Shown: positions 26,900 through 40,259, counted from the first letter of the stretch. The stretch is DNA of 64,000 bases from Octopus vulgaris (GCA_951406725.2 OX597815.1:200012001-200076000); one strand, 5' to 3'. The notes: generated from the sequence alone by a model not told the origin. Made by a program: numbers and translations.

Positions 26900-27164
26900 A
26901 TAGATACATACATACATACATACATACATACATACATTTATACATACATGCATACATACATACATGCATGCATACATACATACATAGGTACATACATGCA
27001 TACATGCACAAAACAATATATATATAGATATATTATGTATATTTTTAAGTATATATATATATGTATATGCGTATATGTATGTATATATATATACATATAC
27101 ACATATATGCATACACACACACACACACACACACATATATACATATACACATATATATATGCAT

Positions 27165-27249
<85 letters not shown>

Positions 27250-27364
27250 AATATATATATGCATATATATACAAATAAATATGTTTAAATATATATAAAT
27301 ATATATATATATGCATGCATACTACAGATGTATATATGTATATATGTGTATATATGTATATATG

Positions 27365-27418
<54 letters not shown>

Positions 27419-27450
27419 CATATATGTATATATATATATATATATATATA
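26900..27450. repeat. (CATA)n/(TA)n/(CA)n microsatellite block
   Basis: Direct inspection. Confidence 0.95.
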
Positions 27451-28889
27451 GTATTCACAATGAAAGGTATCTGGGGACAATTCATAGGCTGGTGAATCCT
27501 TAGAGATTTGAAGAAGAGCGAGTGATAGTGTTTTTTTTCCATTTGATCTACTTACCATTATCAGGAAACGTAATAAAAAGGAAATTAAAGGAAAGAGCAA
27601 GTTAATGAGAATATTTTAAATAAAAAAAATGTTTGGGTCTCGTGAGATTACAACCAGCTTCCACATAGTTTCCGCCTACCAAATTTACTTACAAACTATT
27701 ATTCCACCCGAGGATCTAGTTGAGGACAATCAGTCTAGGTGTTGCATACTGGGACTGAAACCGAAACTACTTGGCTGGGAAGCGAACTCCTTAGGTACAA
27801 GGCCATGCTTGCGCCTAGTACAAATTTTGGTGAAAATAATGTCAGCACTGCTATGCTGTTATGAAAGGAACTCATCATCTTGTCTTCGTTTAAACGACAC
27901 GGCACAATACATTTCTATCTGCATAATTTTTCTTTTCTAAAAGATTCAGTTGTTTGACTTTATCCCTGTTATCTCCCTTGGTTGTTGTTTTAAGATGTTT
28001 CAACATTCCTAGAAAGATGGTTTGTTTAGTAATTGCATGCATTGTTCCAGTTTATCGAAAATTTCGCAACTCACAATGTTATATATAGGTATATATAGGT
28101 ATGCCCCTAATAGTTAGGTGAAAGAAGGCGACAGCCATGTCTTATATAAAATATACGACATGTCCTTGAGAATAATATAGGAAAACAAGCCGAAAATGGG
28201 TGCTCTAGCTGCGAGTAACGGAAACAGAATCTTTAAATAACATCGTAGAGTCTTAAAATGGCACAGAAGGAATTATAATAAAGATATTATTGGAAGTTTT
28301 ATCGTCTTTGATCATAGGAACATCTCGATCAAGGTTCATCCGAAGCTTAACTAGAACAACACGAACAAAATCAATAACGACATATTGACGAAGTCGAAGT
28401 CTTTGCCGCTAACTAAATGAAGAGTTATTAATAATTTCCATAAAATAATTACTTCATTAAAACAAAATAAATCTCAGTTTTGTTAGACACGAGGTAATTT
28501 CTATGAGACAGCGGTTTATCATTACAAAATCTGACAAAATTAAAAGCTCGAATTATTAGGATCTTCAGTTTTCACAATATATTGAGCTGAAAGAATTTTC
28601 ATCTAGAAATCTCCAATAGAATAATTGCTGCTAACGCAGACCGTAAACGGTCTCCTCAGAACCTAGGTTTCACTCAATAGTTGGTCTAATTGACAGCTTT
28701 TGTGATATTTCCCACACGACCTCGTAGTTACGCATTCCCCATATTTTGACAGACTGGAAATTCTTTTCGTAACTACCAACAACATATGGAGTGCGAGGCA
28801 TGTATATCTAAAGGCGAATTAAATGAAATAAACAGCGATTTATATCAGATCGAATTTCAATAATTACTTTTTATTTTCTTCTCACTATA

Positions 28890-29050
28890 GGCGTAGGAGT
28901 AGCTGTGTGGTAAGTAGCTTGCTTACTAACCACATGGTTCCGGGTTCAGTCCCACTGCGTGGCACCTTGGGCAAGTGTCTTCTACTATAGCCTCGGGCCG
29001 ACCAAAGCCTTCTAGTGGATTTGGTAGACGGAAACTGAAAGAAGCCCGTC

Positions 29051-29139
<89 letters not shown>

Positions 29140-29347
29140 TGCGTCCGTGTTTGTTCCCCGAACATTGCTTGACAACCGATGCTGGTGTGTTTACGACCCC
29201 GTAACTTAAAGGTTCGGCAAAAGAGACCAATGGAATAAGGCCTACAAAGAATAAGTCCTGGGGTCGATTTCCTCGACTAAAGGCGGTGCTCCAGCATGGC
29301 CACAGTCAAATGACTGAAACAAGTAAAAGACTAAAGAGTAAAGAGTA
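28890..29347 (+). mobile_element. SINE type A
   Basis: Full length, with expanded internal (TA)n(TG)n. Confidence 0.9.
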
Positions 29348-29617
29348 TAAGATTCAATTTGCTGACCTTTTTTAGGGTTACATTAATATTGTGACTACAG
29401 CGGAATGAAATGAGTGCATTTTTCTCTCAACGTATGTAGAAACCTTGATCAGAACGAGACTTCTTTATTGTTTTAATATAACGTCAATATTGGAGTATAT
29501 TTTGGCTATTATTTAACAGAACTTTATGAAAAAAAGCTTCAGAAACCGGAACACTAGTACGGATAATGACCAATAAATTACTCAAATAATGATGGTCATG
29601 AGGAAATCGATAATGAT

Positions 29618-29656
<39 letters not shown>

Positions 29657-30805
29657 AATTATTTCTTCTATAGGCAGAAGGCCTTAAACGTTTTGGAAAA
29701 GGAGTCTAGTCAATTACATCGGCCCCCCCAGACGGGTGCTTCTTTTATTCACCTCGAAATGGTAAGAGGCAAAGTCGATCTCGACGGAATTAAAGCTCAG
29801 GACGTAAAGGCGGACGAAATGCCGCTAAGCATTTTGCTACGAAGTCTGCTTGTGGGTCTCGAACCCATATTTCCTGTAGACATGACAAGTACTCTAACAT
29901 TGCATCAAAACAACCATTCAACTTTCTCTTTTCATTTTAGAAACATCATTCTTACCGGTGAGAACTGCATGTTATTGAGGCCATAAGAATTCATAAACTT
30001 TCGAGAGAATGTGGGGTAAAACATCATCTGATATAGACTACAAAATATTACGAAATTCATAATCAAACATATACATTTGATTGTTACTTATAATAAGAAT
30101 GTACACGCTCGTATATGTTTATGTCTAGAAAAGAATATATAAAAGTACTCAATGCATGACATACAATTTATCAATTGTATACAATGTTAGATTCACCCTA
30201 TCGTTACTTGGAATTTCACACAAAGTAAACGAATAAAGATATTCCTCCCCACTGATCTAATTTGTCTGAAAACGTAGGAACGAGGGACTTGAACAATAAA
30301 AAATATTTTCAATAAACTGTATAAATAGAACTGTATGCTTTGCTTAAATCAGATGTTGCAAATAATAAAGCGGTTAGGAATATATCACATCAAAAGGACC
30401 GAGATATTGACTAAATGTCGTAATCAGGAAAACTTTATCCTAAAACATTTCCAAGCATCTGAACTTTCGACGCTCTGCGAAATAAATGCATAAGAATTAG
30501 ATTCTTTGGGCTATATGAGGTAGCTCCCTTGTTCACTAGAGGCTGATAACTCTTACATGACAGTAGTTCATCTGCAACAGCAATGATATGGTCCTGTGAC
30601 ATGCATAGACCAATACGTTTACTCGTTCTTTGCAGAGTTAACAATGTTTGACTGACCTAACCTGTAAATTTACGTGTGTAAAAGTCTGATAATGATTCGA
30701 AGCAACAACTGTTAACTTACAGACCATCACGCGCATATGTATGCACGTGAGTGTGAGCAGGTGTGTCGTAAAAAGATGAAAATGTAGTGCCTTTTGCGCG
30801 TGTAC

Positions 30806-31003
30806 TACACTTTTACTTGTTTCAGTCATTTGACTGTGGCCATGCTGAAGCACCGCCTTTTGTCAAGCAAATCGACCCCAGGACTTATTCTTTGTAAGCC
30901 TAGTACTTATTCTATCGGTCTCTTTTGCCGAACCGCTAATTTACGGAGATGTAAACACACCAGCATCGGTTGTCAAGCGATGTTGGGGGGACAGACACAA
31001 ACG

Positions 31004-31059
<56 letters not shown>

Positions 31060-31222
31060 CGACGGGCTTCTTTCAGTTTCCGTTTACCAAATCCACTCAC
31101 AATACTTTGGTCGGCCCGAGGATATATTAGAAGACACTTGCCCAAAGTGCCATGCTGTGGGACTAAATCAAGAACCATGTGGTTGGTAAGCAAGCTACTT
31201 ACCACACGGCCACTCCTGCGCC
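30806..31222 (-). mobile_element. SINE type A
   Basis: Full-length match. Confidence 0.9.
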
Positions 31223-32037
31223 TATCTAAACTCCAATGACTAAGTCACGTAGATTATCGCTAGTATGTGATCCTGGTGGACCCTATCTGTCTCTCTTGTG
31301 CGTCATTGACTACCAATCGTAAATCAGAACTACAAATAACAAATGAAACGCTTGAAGTAGAAATCGAGCTGTTGTCCCAAATGCAGCACGTTATCTGTAG
31401 AGCACATACATAAATATATATCAATTGAACAGTCGACCACTCACTGGTTTAATTTAATCGGAGAGATTTGTCAAATACTTTCCTAGTCACGATCCTGTCA
31501 AATGAATATCACATCGAAGATATCACATCGAGAAACCATTCAAATTACGTCGTGTTTTCCAATGCTGTTGGATCGTTTTAACTGTTACATATTCACATGG
31601 TGTCTCATTCGATCACTGGCAGTAGACGGTATTTGTGCATGCATATGTTTGCGCGAATCTACATGTATGTACATGCTTTTGGTAATACATAATGCAAGTT
31701 AATTACGTGAGAGCGTGCTTTTGTGCGTGTCCCTGCGCATGCATGAAATGTTACGCAGCATTCTCTTTCTAGCGGTTTAACTTACTTTAATCCATGTCTG
31801 TAAATATAGATTTCTTACATCACAAACATTTGCAGAGGAACGAGGTTTGATCGATCAAATCCATACACTGCACCACGCTCGCTAATTATTTCATTGACGC
31901 CAGAAGAGTTATTAGAAAAGATTTTATTCGAAAACGGGTTTGGACTCAAAATATTGGTAAACGTTTGGTTATGTTCAAGTATAAAATGTCAATGTTTACG
32001 AATATATACATATTTGTGCAAATGTATTTGTACGTAT

Positions 32038-32255
32038 GGCGGTGAGCTGGCAGAAACGTTAGCACGCCGGGCGAAATGCGTAGTCGTATTTCGTCTGCCG
32101 TTACGTATGGTTGTGTGGTTAGTGGCTTGCTTCGCAACTACATGATTCCCAGTTGAGTCCCACTGCATGGCACCTTGGACAGGTATCTTATACTATAGCC
32201 TCGGGCCGACCAAGGCCGTGTAAATGGAATTTGGATTTGGTACAAGGAAACTGAC
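32038..32255 (+). mobile_element. SINE C head joined to a SINE A 5' part
   Basis: ggcggtgagctggcagaaacg...ccgttacg followed directly by tggttgtgtggttag...gcaccttggacagg...gggccgaccaa. Confidence 0.75.
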
Positions 32256-32493
32256 GGTTGGAATAACCGTCTAAGGGATCAGAATATTCGTTATTATTAC
32301 CAGTATAAATTACCTATGTTAACTCAGGGCATGGATATGTAAGCATACTATGCTCATGGGATACAGGCAGTAACAAAATAAAGAAGAGTTTATCAGGAAT
32401 CTTATTTAAAATAATCAGAAAATGGAGAAAACCTTTGATCAACAGACAAATTGACAATGATCGGTCATTATATTTTAATACAGAAGTTTAAAC

Positions 32494-32615
32494 ATTGCTA
32501 ACAGCTGTTTCTGCTACAGATGGTAGTCGGTGCTACCAAAGAAAATTATGAGAATAATGTTCGTCATCTTTTATAACACATCCGATCTGGTACAGGGAGC
32601 TTCATCAGAGTGGAT
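32494..32615 (-). ncRNA. Hammerhead-like motif with long stem II, decayed stem I
   Basis: CTGATGA-a-gct..cagat...atctg.agc-a-GAAA-cagctg-TT-ag. Stem III acagctgt is a perfect palindrome. Confidence 0.55.
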
Positions 32616-33624
32616 ACAAATACATAAAATAAAAAAAAGAGAAAGGGAACGAGAAAAGAACAGGGCCACGAGTTGAGGAAAGGAGGCTTAATAAATTTGA
32701 ATCATAATTTTATGCAGTGTAAAGCTAGAAACTGATGTGCAAATGAATAAACTAGAAAAATAATTGGTGGGTTAATCTTTCTTTAGGGGTACCATGGTGT
32801 ATAAATAATAAGAAAATAAAACTAGCACTTAAGTATAACTTTATTCACTAGAGAAAGAATAGTACTTATGATTTTGTAAATAATGCTAATTAATTAGCAC
32901 TATTTACGAAATCATTACGAAATCAGCCAAGTCTCCTTTTCTGGGGAAAGGAGCCGTTTACGTGTGATTTCGATGTCACATTGGTTGAAAGCATGCGAAG
33001 TAAACTGGAAACCAAAGAAAAAAAAAACTGACGAAACAAAACTCCGTTGGTGGAAAACTCAGAGCTTCACAGGAAACTCCGAGGTAACCACAGCCCTCTC
33101 CCCTTTCTTTTCCGAACGAAAGTGGCTTGCAGTGGGTTTGGATGTGAGATACGTTGAAGGCGCTCGAAAAAACCCTGTGGAAAAAACTCTAAATTCACTC
33201 GAAAAGCCCTGCACGAACGGGTCCTTTATGAAATTTTTAGCCAAGATTGGGACAGGTGTGCAAATAGAAGGATCGATGAAACTGATAAAGCAAGGGCTGG
33301 GCGTCTGGCGGAACAGAGAGAAAGAGACAGAAGCAGGAGAGACCAGAAATCGGACACTCGGAGAGCTAAGCGTCTGGTGAAACAGAGAGAGAGAGACAAG
33401 AGCAGAAGACGTCATGAATCGGATGCTCATGTGAATACAAATGAAATAAAACAAGTTTTGCGTAAATCGGATTACGGGTTACCGAGATACACATTTTTTT
33501 CGGGTACCTTATTAAATAACCAAACCAGCGTAGAATGCGAAAGATGCTTTGAAAGTAACGAACCGTGAATACACACGGAATAACTGTCTAGTCTAGTGTA
33601 TATATATATATATATATATATATA

Positions 33625-34067
33625 AATCAAAATAAAAACATGATTCAAAGGATTTAGCGGTACATATGTTTCGGGCCTTTATTAGACGGTTTTATAACAG
33701 TGCATAATTGATGTAAATGTGTGTCTATGGCCTTCTTCAGCCGCGTACAATTACTACTTCAAGGACATATATTACGTTATAAGTTTTACGTTGGGGATGC
33801 AAATCCTCATAGTCGCGTACGACAGAGTGGGGCACCAACACGAAATCGAAGCGTCCATCCCGCCTTTTCTAAAAGAAGGCTATAGACACACATTTACATC
33901 AATTATGCATTGTTATAAAACCGTCTAATAAAGGCCCGAAACATATGTACCGCTAAATCCTTTGAATCATGTTTTTATTTTGATTAATATACTCTGTCAC
34001 CTACACCACTAAACGGTATATACAGGTGCTTACAACTATCAAGTATTCACCCTGAATTTTTGTACCC

Positions 34068-34070
<3 letters not shown>
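33625..34070. mobile_element. (TA)n-embedded element with 113-bp inverted repeat (Penelope-like pseudo-LTR arrangement)
   Basis: 33625-33737 is the reverse complement of 33873-33985 (about 2 mismatches). (TA)n on both sides. Contains a hammerhead. Confidence 0.8.
33657..33744 (-). ncRNA. Type I hammerhead ribozyme, palindromic stem III
   Basis: gcgg-CTGAAGA-a-ggcc.tagac...gtcta..ggcc-c-GAAA-catatg-TA-ccgc. Predicted GUA cleavage site. Confidence 0.82.
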
Positions 34071-34122
<52 letters not shown>

Positions 34123-34590
34123 CATTTTATCGCAGCTTTTCCTAAAGGCCGTGGTAGAATTTTTATCTTGGCCACCAGATTATTTTGCAAGTAAAGGTGT
34201 TTTAAACAGTGACAATCGCAAGTAGGTCATGTTAAAAATGTCACACTGTTCTATTGAATTTGACGAGTTTGGTTGTAGACAAATTGATCTGACTGGATTG
34301 CAAGTAAAAAATGCTGTCCAGACTCCAGTGGTGACTTAACACACACATACATACATACATAAATACATGCATACATTCATACATACATACATACATACAT
34401 ACATACATAAATGCATACATACATGCATACATATATGCATACATTCATATATGCATACCTACATACATACAATTCCAGCGATGGAGTTTTGCATTTTTGT
34501 TAGAGACGAGGATTTTCAGAGGAAGAATTTCAATGATTAAATGCAGAAATACATACATACATACATACATACATACATACATACATACAT

Positions 34591-34627
<37 letters not shown>

Positions 34628-35487
34628 TATGCACACCAATGATAAGTAATAATGCCTTTGAAATTTCCTTTCACTGCTGTACAAAATGTACGAGACACAT
34701 CACTATGTGAACACTTCTGATTTCATCCAGTCCTTCTTGTTTGATTTCTTCTATTAATGGTAGAGGTATTTCAGAATGGTAAATAAGCATTGACTTCATG
34801 TTGAATTGAAATGGCCAGATGCATTACGTAAAATTCTTGTGTTAAAAGGATCTTTTCTTCCCTTCAATCCAGAAACATTAAAATTAATCTCGGGAGCAGT
34901 AAGAGAGTAAAAGCAGTAAGATTGAATTCATTCCCAGAAAAAGGGCCTGTTTCTTCTTAAACTAAATGGAAGTTAGAAAGCGCAGATGCCAGGCTCCATA
35001 ATATTCTTAAGAACCTTGGAGAATTCTTTGGTCGCCGGGTGTTTTCATAATTCTGTTTCACCGGAGATACGTATGGCTGGTTATGTTGTTTAAGGCACCG
35101 TTTGGAACAACGGAAACAAAATCTATTTGCTGTGAATGATTTTCAATTATTTCCTGCTGCCAAGTTGTTGTAGAAGACTTGAGTTTTATTTATTATGATG
35201 AGTTGCCTTAATGTCATGCCTCGTTACGTTTCATTGTTTACTCATATATCAAACATAAATACTACATTTTTTTTTCTTTTTGCAAATATTTTCTTGAACA
35301 AATTAGCTTTTTTGTTGATAACAATTACGTAGTCGTTGCGGACACTGTTATTTTGCGGGCATTTTTCATGAAGCTTGTAATCGCTGATATGAACAAGTTC
35401 ATAAAATTAATCTCAAAACCTTGACCTTCACAAGATTCAAATCAGTTCAATATTTGCTGTTTTACATCTATTATGATATTTTTACAA

Positions 35488-35797
35488 GGGTGCATGGCTT
35501 AGTGGTTAGGGTATTCAGCTCACGATCGAAAGGTCGTGAGTTCAATTGCCGTTGTGTCCTTGAGCAAGACGCTTTATTTCACGTCGCTCCAGTCCACTCA
35601 GCTGGTAAAATTAAGTAGTACCTGTATTTCAAAGGGCCAGCCTTGTCCTATTCTGTGTCACGCTGAATCCCCCTGAGGACTACGTTAAGAGTAAGCGTGT
35701 CTGTGGAGTGCTCAGCCACTTGCGCGTGAAGTTCACGAGCAAGCTTTTCCGTCGATCGTATAAGCTGGAACACTCGTCGTCGTAACCGACGGAGTAC
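35488..35797 (+). mobile_element. SINE head type D with tail module i
   Basis: Head like 47883 (tggcttagtggttag...gagttcaat...ttgagcaag..ctttatttcacg), then tacctgtatttcaaagggccagccttg...ccgacggagt. Confidence 0.85.
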
Positions 35798-36063
35798 CAG
35801 TTGTTGATACTTATCCTCGTCATAGTAAAAGAACTTTCAGCATTTGAATTTGCAGGCTTTTGTCCATGCACACTGATTAAAAAGCAGTATGAACAATTGT
35901 GATGTATGTACATATATGCATAAGTATGTACCACAGATTCTTGGCTCCTTACATTATTTCGCTTATTAATGCAGGCATAGACATCTTCATCGAGAAGCGG
36001 GTTGCATGTGACATTGCTCGTCATCAGACGGTCAGTAGGGTAAACGAATTCAAGTTAATTTTA

Positions 36064-36628
36064 TTGGGTTGTCCGGAAAGTTCGTGCTGATTTTTAAAGG
36101 AAAGAAAACGGTCAATAAATACTTGCCATTACATTTTTAATCAACCAAATATAAACCAATTTATTGCACAATGCGTCTCTATCTTTCCTTTAACTTGAAA
36201 ATACCCTCTTCCCAGAATTAAGATGGTTTTATGGCAAATAATTCATCAAGGTATATTTTACGTCATCCAAGGAATTGAAATTTTTACCATTAAGACTATT
36301 CTGCAGAGACCTGAATAAGTGTAAATCTGAAGCAGCAATATCTGGTGAATATGGAGGGTGGGGTAACACATCCCAGCCGAGCTGCAGCAATTTTTGTCTG
36401 GTTCCCAAAGCATCAAGTACCGAAAATGAACTTTCTTATCTTCCATTTTAAAGGGTTACAGAATTAACACAGGTTATAGGAACATAAACCTTCTACTACG
36501 AAAAGATAGTTTAAACTGTGCTCTAAATGGAGGTGTAGTTAAATTCTATTTTATGGACTCAACCATGTTCTAAAATAAGTCGAAATGTAAGCTACTATAA
36601 ATCGGCACGAACTTTCCGGACAACCGAA
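36064..36628 (-). mobile_element. Internally deleted mariner element
   Basis: TIRs ttgggttgtccggaaagttcgtgc / gcacgaactttccggacaaccgaa, TA flanks. MEDKKVHFRYLML is joined across a deletion to LGWDVLPHPPYSPDIAASDLHLFRSLQNSL. Confidence 0.92.
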
Positions 36629-36654
36629 TATATATACCTATATATATATGTTTC

Positions 36655-37050
36655 AAATGTTGGTACAAAGCCAGCAAGCTCAGAGGCGGGTTAAGTCGAT
36701 TATATCGATCCCAGTGTCCGACTGGTATTTATTATATCGTCTCGAAAGAATGACCGGCAGAGTCGGTCTCGACGAAATTTGAACTGATAACGTAAAGTCG
36801 GACGAAACACCGCTAGGCGTTTTGCCCGACTTGCTAACGACTCTTTTGTACTCTAGGGACAAGGTCCGAAATTTTTAGGGAGGGGGTCAGTCGATTAGAT
36901 CGACCCCAGTACGCGATTGATAATTAATTTTTCGAACCACGAAAGGATGAAAGGTAAAGTCGACCTCGGCGAAATTTGAACTCAGAACGTAAAAACAGAC
37001 GAAATATCGCTAAGCATTTTGGAGGGCATGCTAACGTTACTGCCAGCTCA
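36655..37050 (-). mobile_element. Two tandem SINE type C copies
   Basis: Two gaaatttgaact...gacgaaa...ctaacg bodies. Confidence 0.8.
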
Positions 37051-37095
37051 CTACCCTAGAATATGCACATACTGGTGTTTGTTTTCTGCCAGCTA

Positions 37096-37137
37096 AGCTA
37101 CTATAAATCGTCACAATCTTTCTGGACGACCCAATAT
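37096..37137. mobile_element. Solo mariner terminus of the same family as 36064-36628
   Basis: aagctactataaatcgtcacaatctttctggacgacccaata vs aagctactataaatcggcacgaactttccggacaaccgaata at 36589-36630. Confidence 0.65.
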
Positions 37138-37639
37138 ATTAGGCCTGCCATGCAGGAAGTTCCGTGGGCCGCAGTTTGCCCGTGACTGTTCCAGGAAGAC
37201 ACTCATTCTTTAATAATTATATCTTGCAGGAAAACACTTTCCAATTCACTTGTAATTTCGTGAGGCAACAGGTTGTAAAATACATAAGAAGTTATTCGAG
37301 ATTCTTCTAATTTATTTTTTTAGTCTTTTGTCATATTTTTCACATTCTTAGAAGTTGTTTGCATTGCAAATTCTATTCTCCCATCAACTTTCAACAATCT
37401 TCCTATGGAACGAAATCAAAGATATGAAGTAGCAAGAGACAGAGTGAGACGATGCAATCAAAGGATGAGATGTGAAGAAAGTAAAATAAGAGATCGCTCA
37501 AGACAATATCAATGGATAAAAAAACGCCAACAGTGACTGAGCAGGAACTTAGAGGGTACCTATGGCGCCAAACCTGATAAAAAAATAAAGTCAACAGACA
37601 CAAAGGGTGAGAAGCAGGGTGAACGTATGAGATAACATT

Positions 37640-38097
37640 GCGAGAGAAAGAGAGAGAGAGGGGGAGGGGGAGAGAGAGTGAGAGAAGGAGAGAGGGAGCG
37701 AGAGAGTAAGGGACAGAGAGAGAAAAGGAGCGAGAGAGAGAAAGAGAAAGAGGAGCGAGAGAGAGCGAGAGAGAAGGAAAGCTAGAGAGGAGAGAGAGAG
37801 CGAGAGAGAAGGAAAGAGAGAGAGGAGAGAGAGGGAGCGAGAGAAAGAGAGAGAAGGAGAGAGAGGGAGAGAGAGAAAAGGAGCGAGAGAGAGAAAGAGA
37901 AAGAGGAGCGAGAGAGAGCGAGAGAGAAGGAAAGAGAGAGAGAGAAGGAGAGAGAGGGAGCGAGAGAAAGAGAGAGAAGGAGAGAGAGAGAGAGAGAAAG
38001 AGAGAGGCGAGACAGTGAGAGAGAAGGAGCAAGTGAAAGAGAGAGAGAAGAGAGGTAGAGGGAGAAGGAGAGAGAGGGAGCGAGAGAGAAAGAGAGT

Positions 38098-38133
<36 letters not shown>

Positions 38134-38158
38134 GAGATAGAGATAGATAAATAGATAG

Positions 38159-38215
<57 letters not shown>

Positions 38216-38220
38216 AAGAG
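37640..38220. repeat. Polypurine (GA)-rich tract with internal duplication, plus (GATA)n
   Basis: Direct inspection. Source of ORF 37403..38260. Confidence 0.92.
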
Positions 38221-38445
38221 AAGATGAAGGAAAGTTTATGACGAAATATCGAAATATCACGAAGAATATGGAGAAACGATCAGGGAAATATGAAGGAAGA
38301 ACCGTTGCTTAATTTGAGAAATATTCATAGAAGAAGGCAAGTCATTGCTGCTAAGATACGATACGAGAAAGAGAAAAAACATATCTCATTCCTTCTTTTT
38401 CTACCTCATTATCTCAAAAATAATTTTTAACATGTTGAAGCAATA

Positions 38446-38866
38446 GTGCAGGAGGGGCTATGTGGTAAGTAGCTCGTTAACCAACCACATGGTTCCGGGT
38501 TGAGTCCCACTGCGTGGCATCTTGGGCAAGTGTCTTCTGCTATAGCCCCGGGCCGACCAATGCCTTGTGAGTGGATTTGGTAGATGGAAACTGAAAGAAG
38601 CCTGTCGTATATATGTATATATATATATATGTATGTGTGTCTGTGTGTTTGTGTGTCTGTGTTTGTCCCCCTAGCATTGCTTGACAACCAATGCTGGTGT
38701 GTTTACGTCCCCGTCACTTAGCGGTTCGGCAAAAGGGACTGATAGAATAAGTACTGGGCTTACAAAGAATAAGTCCTGGGGTCGATTTGCTCGACTAAAG
38801 GCGGTGCTCCAGCATGGCCGCAGTCAAATAACTGAAATAAGTAAAAGAGTAAAAAGAGTAAGAGTA
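38446..38866 (+). mobile_element. SINE type A
   Basis: Full-length match. Confidence 0.9.
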
Positions 38867-39279
38867 ATATTGTGAAGATCCATAAAATGACGCATCGGAA
38901 TGGAAGCAGAAAGAAAAACAGAAAAAGGAGAAAAGGGAAAAGTTTTAAAACGTGGAATTTCCTCGAAGCTTATTTGTTATATTAGTGTGGTGCTAACCCA
39001 TTGAAAATTTTGTCCCTAGGGGAAGAAAAAAAAGGGTGCTATTGTGCACAGACTGAATCAGCGGTAAACAGGATAAGCATGAGTGGAGCATCACTGTATA
39101 AGTGGGGATCTGTACACAGACACACACACACAGACACACACACACACATACACACACACACACACACACACGCAAACATGGGTTGTACCGAAAGGAATCT
39201 AAACAGGAGCATAAACGCGGTTGTGGCTGTGTTATGAGAAGTTTGCCTCCCAATCACATGGTTATTTACATGCATGCAT

Positions 39280-39320
<41 letters not shown>

Positions 39321-39321
<1 letters not shown>

Positions 39322-39376
39322 AAACGGCGGTGCATCAGCATGGCCGCAGCTCTGAGTTGAAACTAGAGAAAAAAAA

Positions 39377-39378
<2 letters not shown>
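39321..39378 (+). mobile_element. Extremely 5'-truncated LINE 3' end
   Basis: aaacggcggtgcatcagcatggccgcagctctgagttgaaactagag plus A-tail. Near-identical copy at 59581-59638 (-). Confidence 0.75.
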
Positions 39379-39414
<36 letters not shown>

Positions 39415-39650
39415 TAAATTAGAGATAAAACCACTGTTAGGCAAATCAAAAAGTGAAAAACATAAACCAAAACATAAAAATAAAAATAATTAATATAGTT
39501 TACAAAATTTATAAAATATAACATTAAAAATTTAAATTATTTAAATTTAAAATTATTAACTTACATTTATATTTATATTTACATATTTTTTTTAATAATT
39601 ATATCTAACTATCCAAAAGTATTAAAAAGTTTATTATAAGATAAGTAAAA

Positions 39651-39750
39651 CCACTATGTACGTTTCATGGCAATAACCTAATTCAAATTACAATAATTTA
39701 AATTCAATTATAAATTCGAATTATGGTTATAGTCAATCTTCAGGTTAATG
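39651..39750 (-). ncRNA. Decayed hammerhead in an AT-rich (TA)n-adjacent element
   Basis: ac-CTGAAGA-..ataacc...ggttat..-GAAA-cgtaca-TA-gt. Stem III is one substitution from the palindrome acgtacgt. Confidence 0.55.
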
Positions 39751-39884
39751 ATAATAGTTAAATAAACAAGCAAATATATTTAAACAATATTATTCAAGAA
39801 ATAAATAAAATAACAATCTTTCTTATAAAAAATTTATTATCAAAGTAGAAACTTTAATGATTATGATTATGTCATACAATCCAA

Positions 39885-40232
39885 TTATAATGTGTATATA
39901 TAGCGCCATGGACTCCAAATTTGCCATCAAGATGTAGGACAAGATACTGCAATAGCCTGGTCTTCAGAGATCCACAGCTCATCAGTATACTCCCGAAGAA
40001 CCTGAGAGACTTGCATGGGGTGGATGTAGATGTCTTCAAAATAAAGCTGGACTTCTTGTCAAGTGTCCCAGATGAACCAACTTCGCGGCATGAGATGCAG
40101 ACGAGGGCAGCTGCATCAAACTCTCTCATGCATCAAATGTCAATTCCTGAAAAGCATTCGTGAAGTTAAATTATGTAGCAACAGAAAATGGCGGTGCCCC
40201 AGCTTGGCCACAGCTCGTGAGCTGAAACTAGA
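39885..40232 (+). mobile_element. CR1-like LINE 3' end (ORF2 C-terminus and 3' UTR)
   Basis: NSLVFRDPQLISILPKNLRDLHGVDVDVFKIKLDFLSSVPDEP...RAAASNSL resembles the CR1-group ORF2 tail. The 3' end reads ggcggtgccccagcttggccacagctcgtgagctgaaactag. Confidence 0.8.
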
Positions 40233-40259
40233 TAACATATAAAAAAATAAATAAAAAAT

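Noticed and set aside
37403-38260. 285-aa Ser/Leu ORF (similarly 44960-45679, 53867-54262)
   Set aside because: CT/GA-rich low-complexity sequence lacks stop codons by composition.
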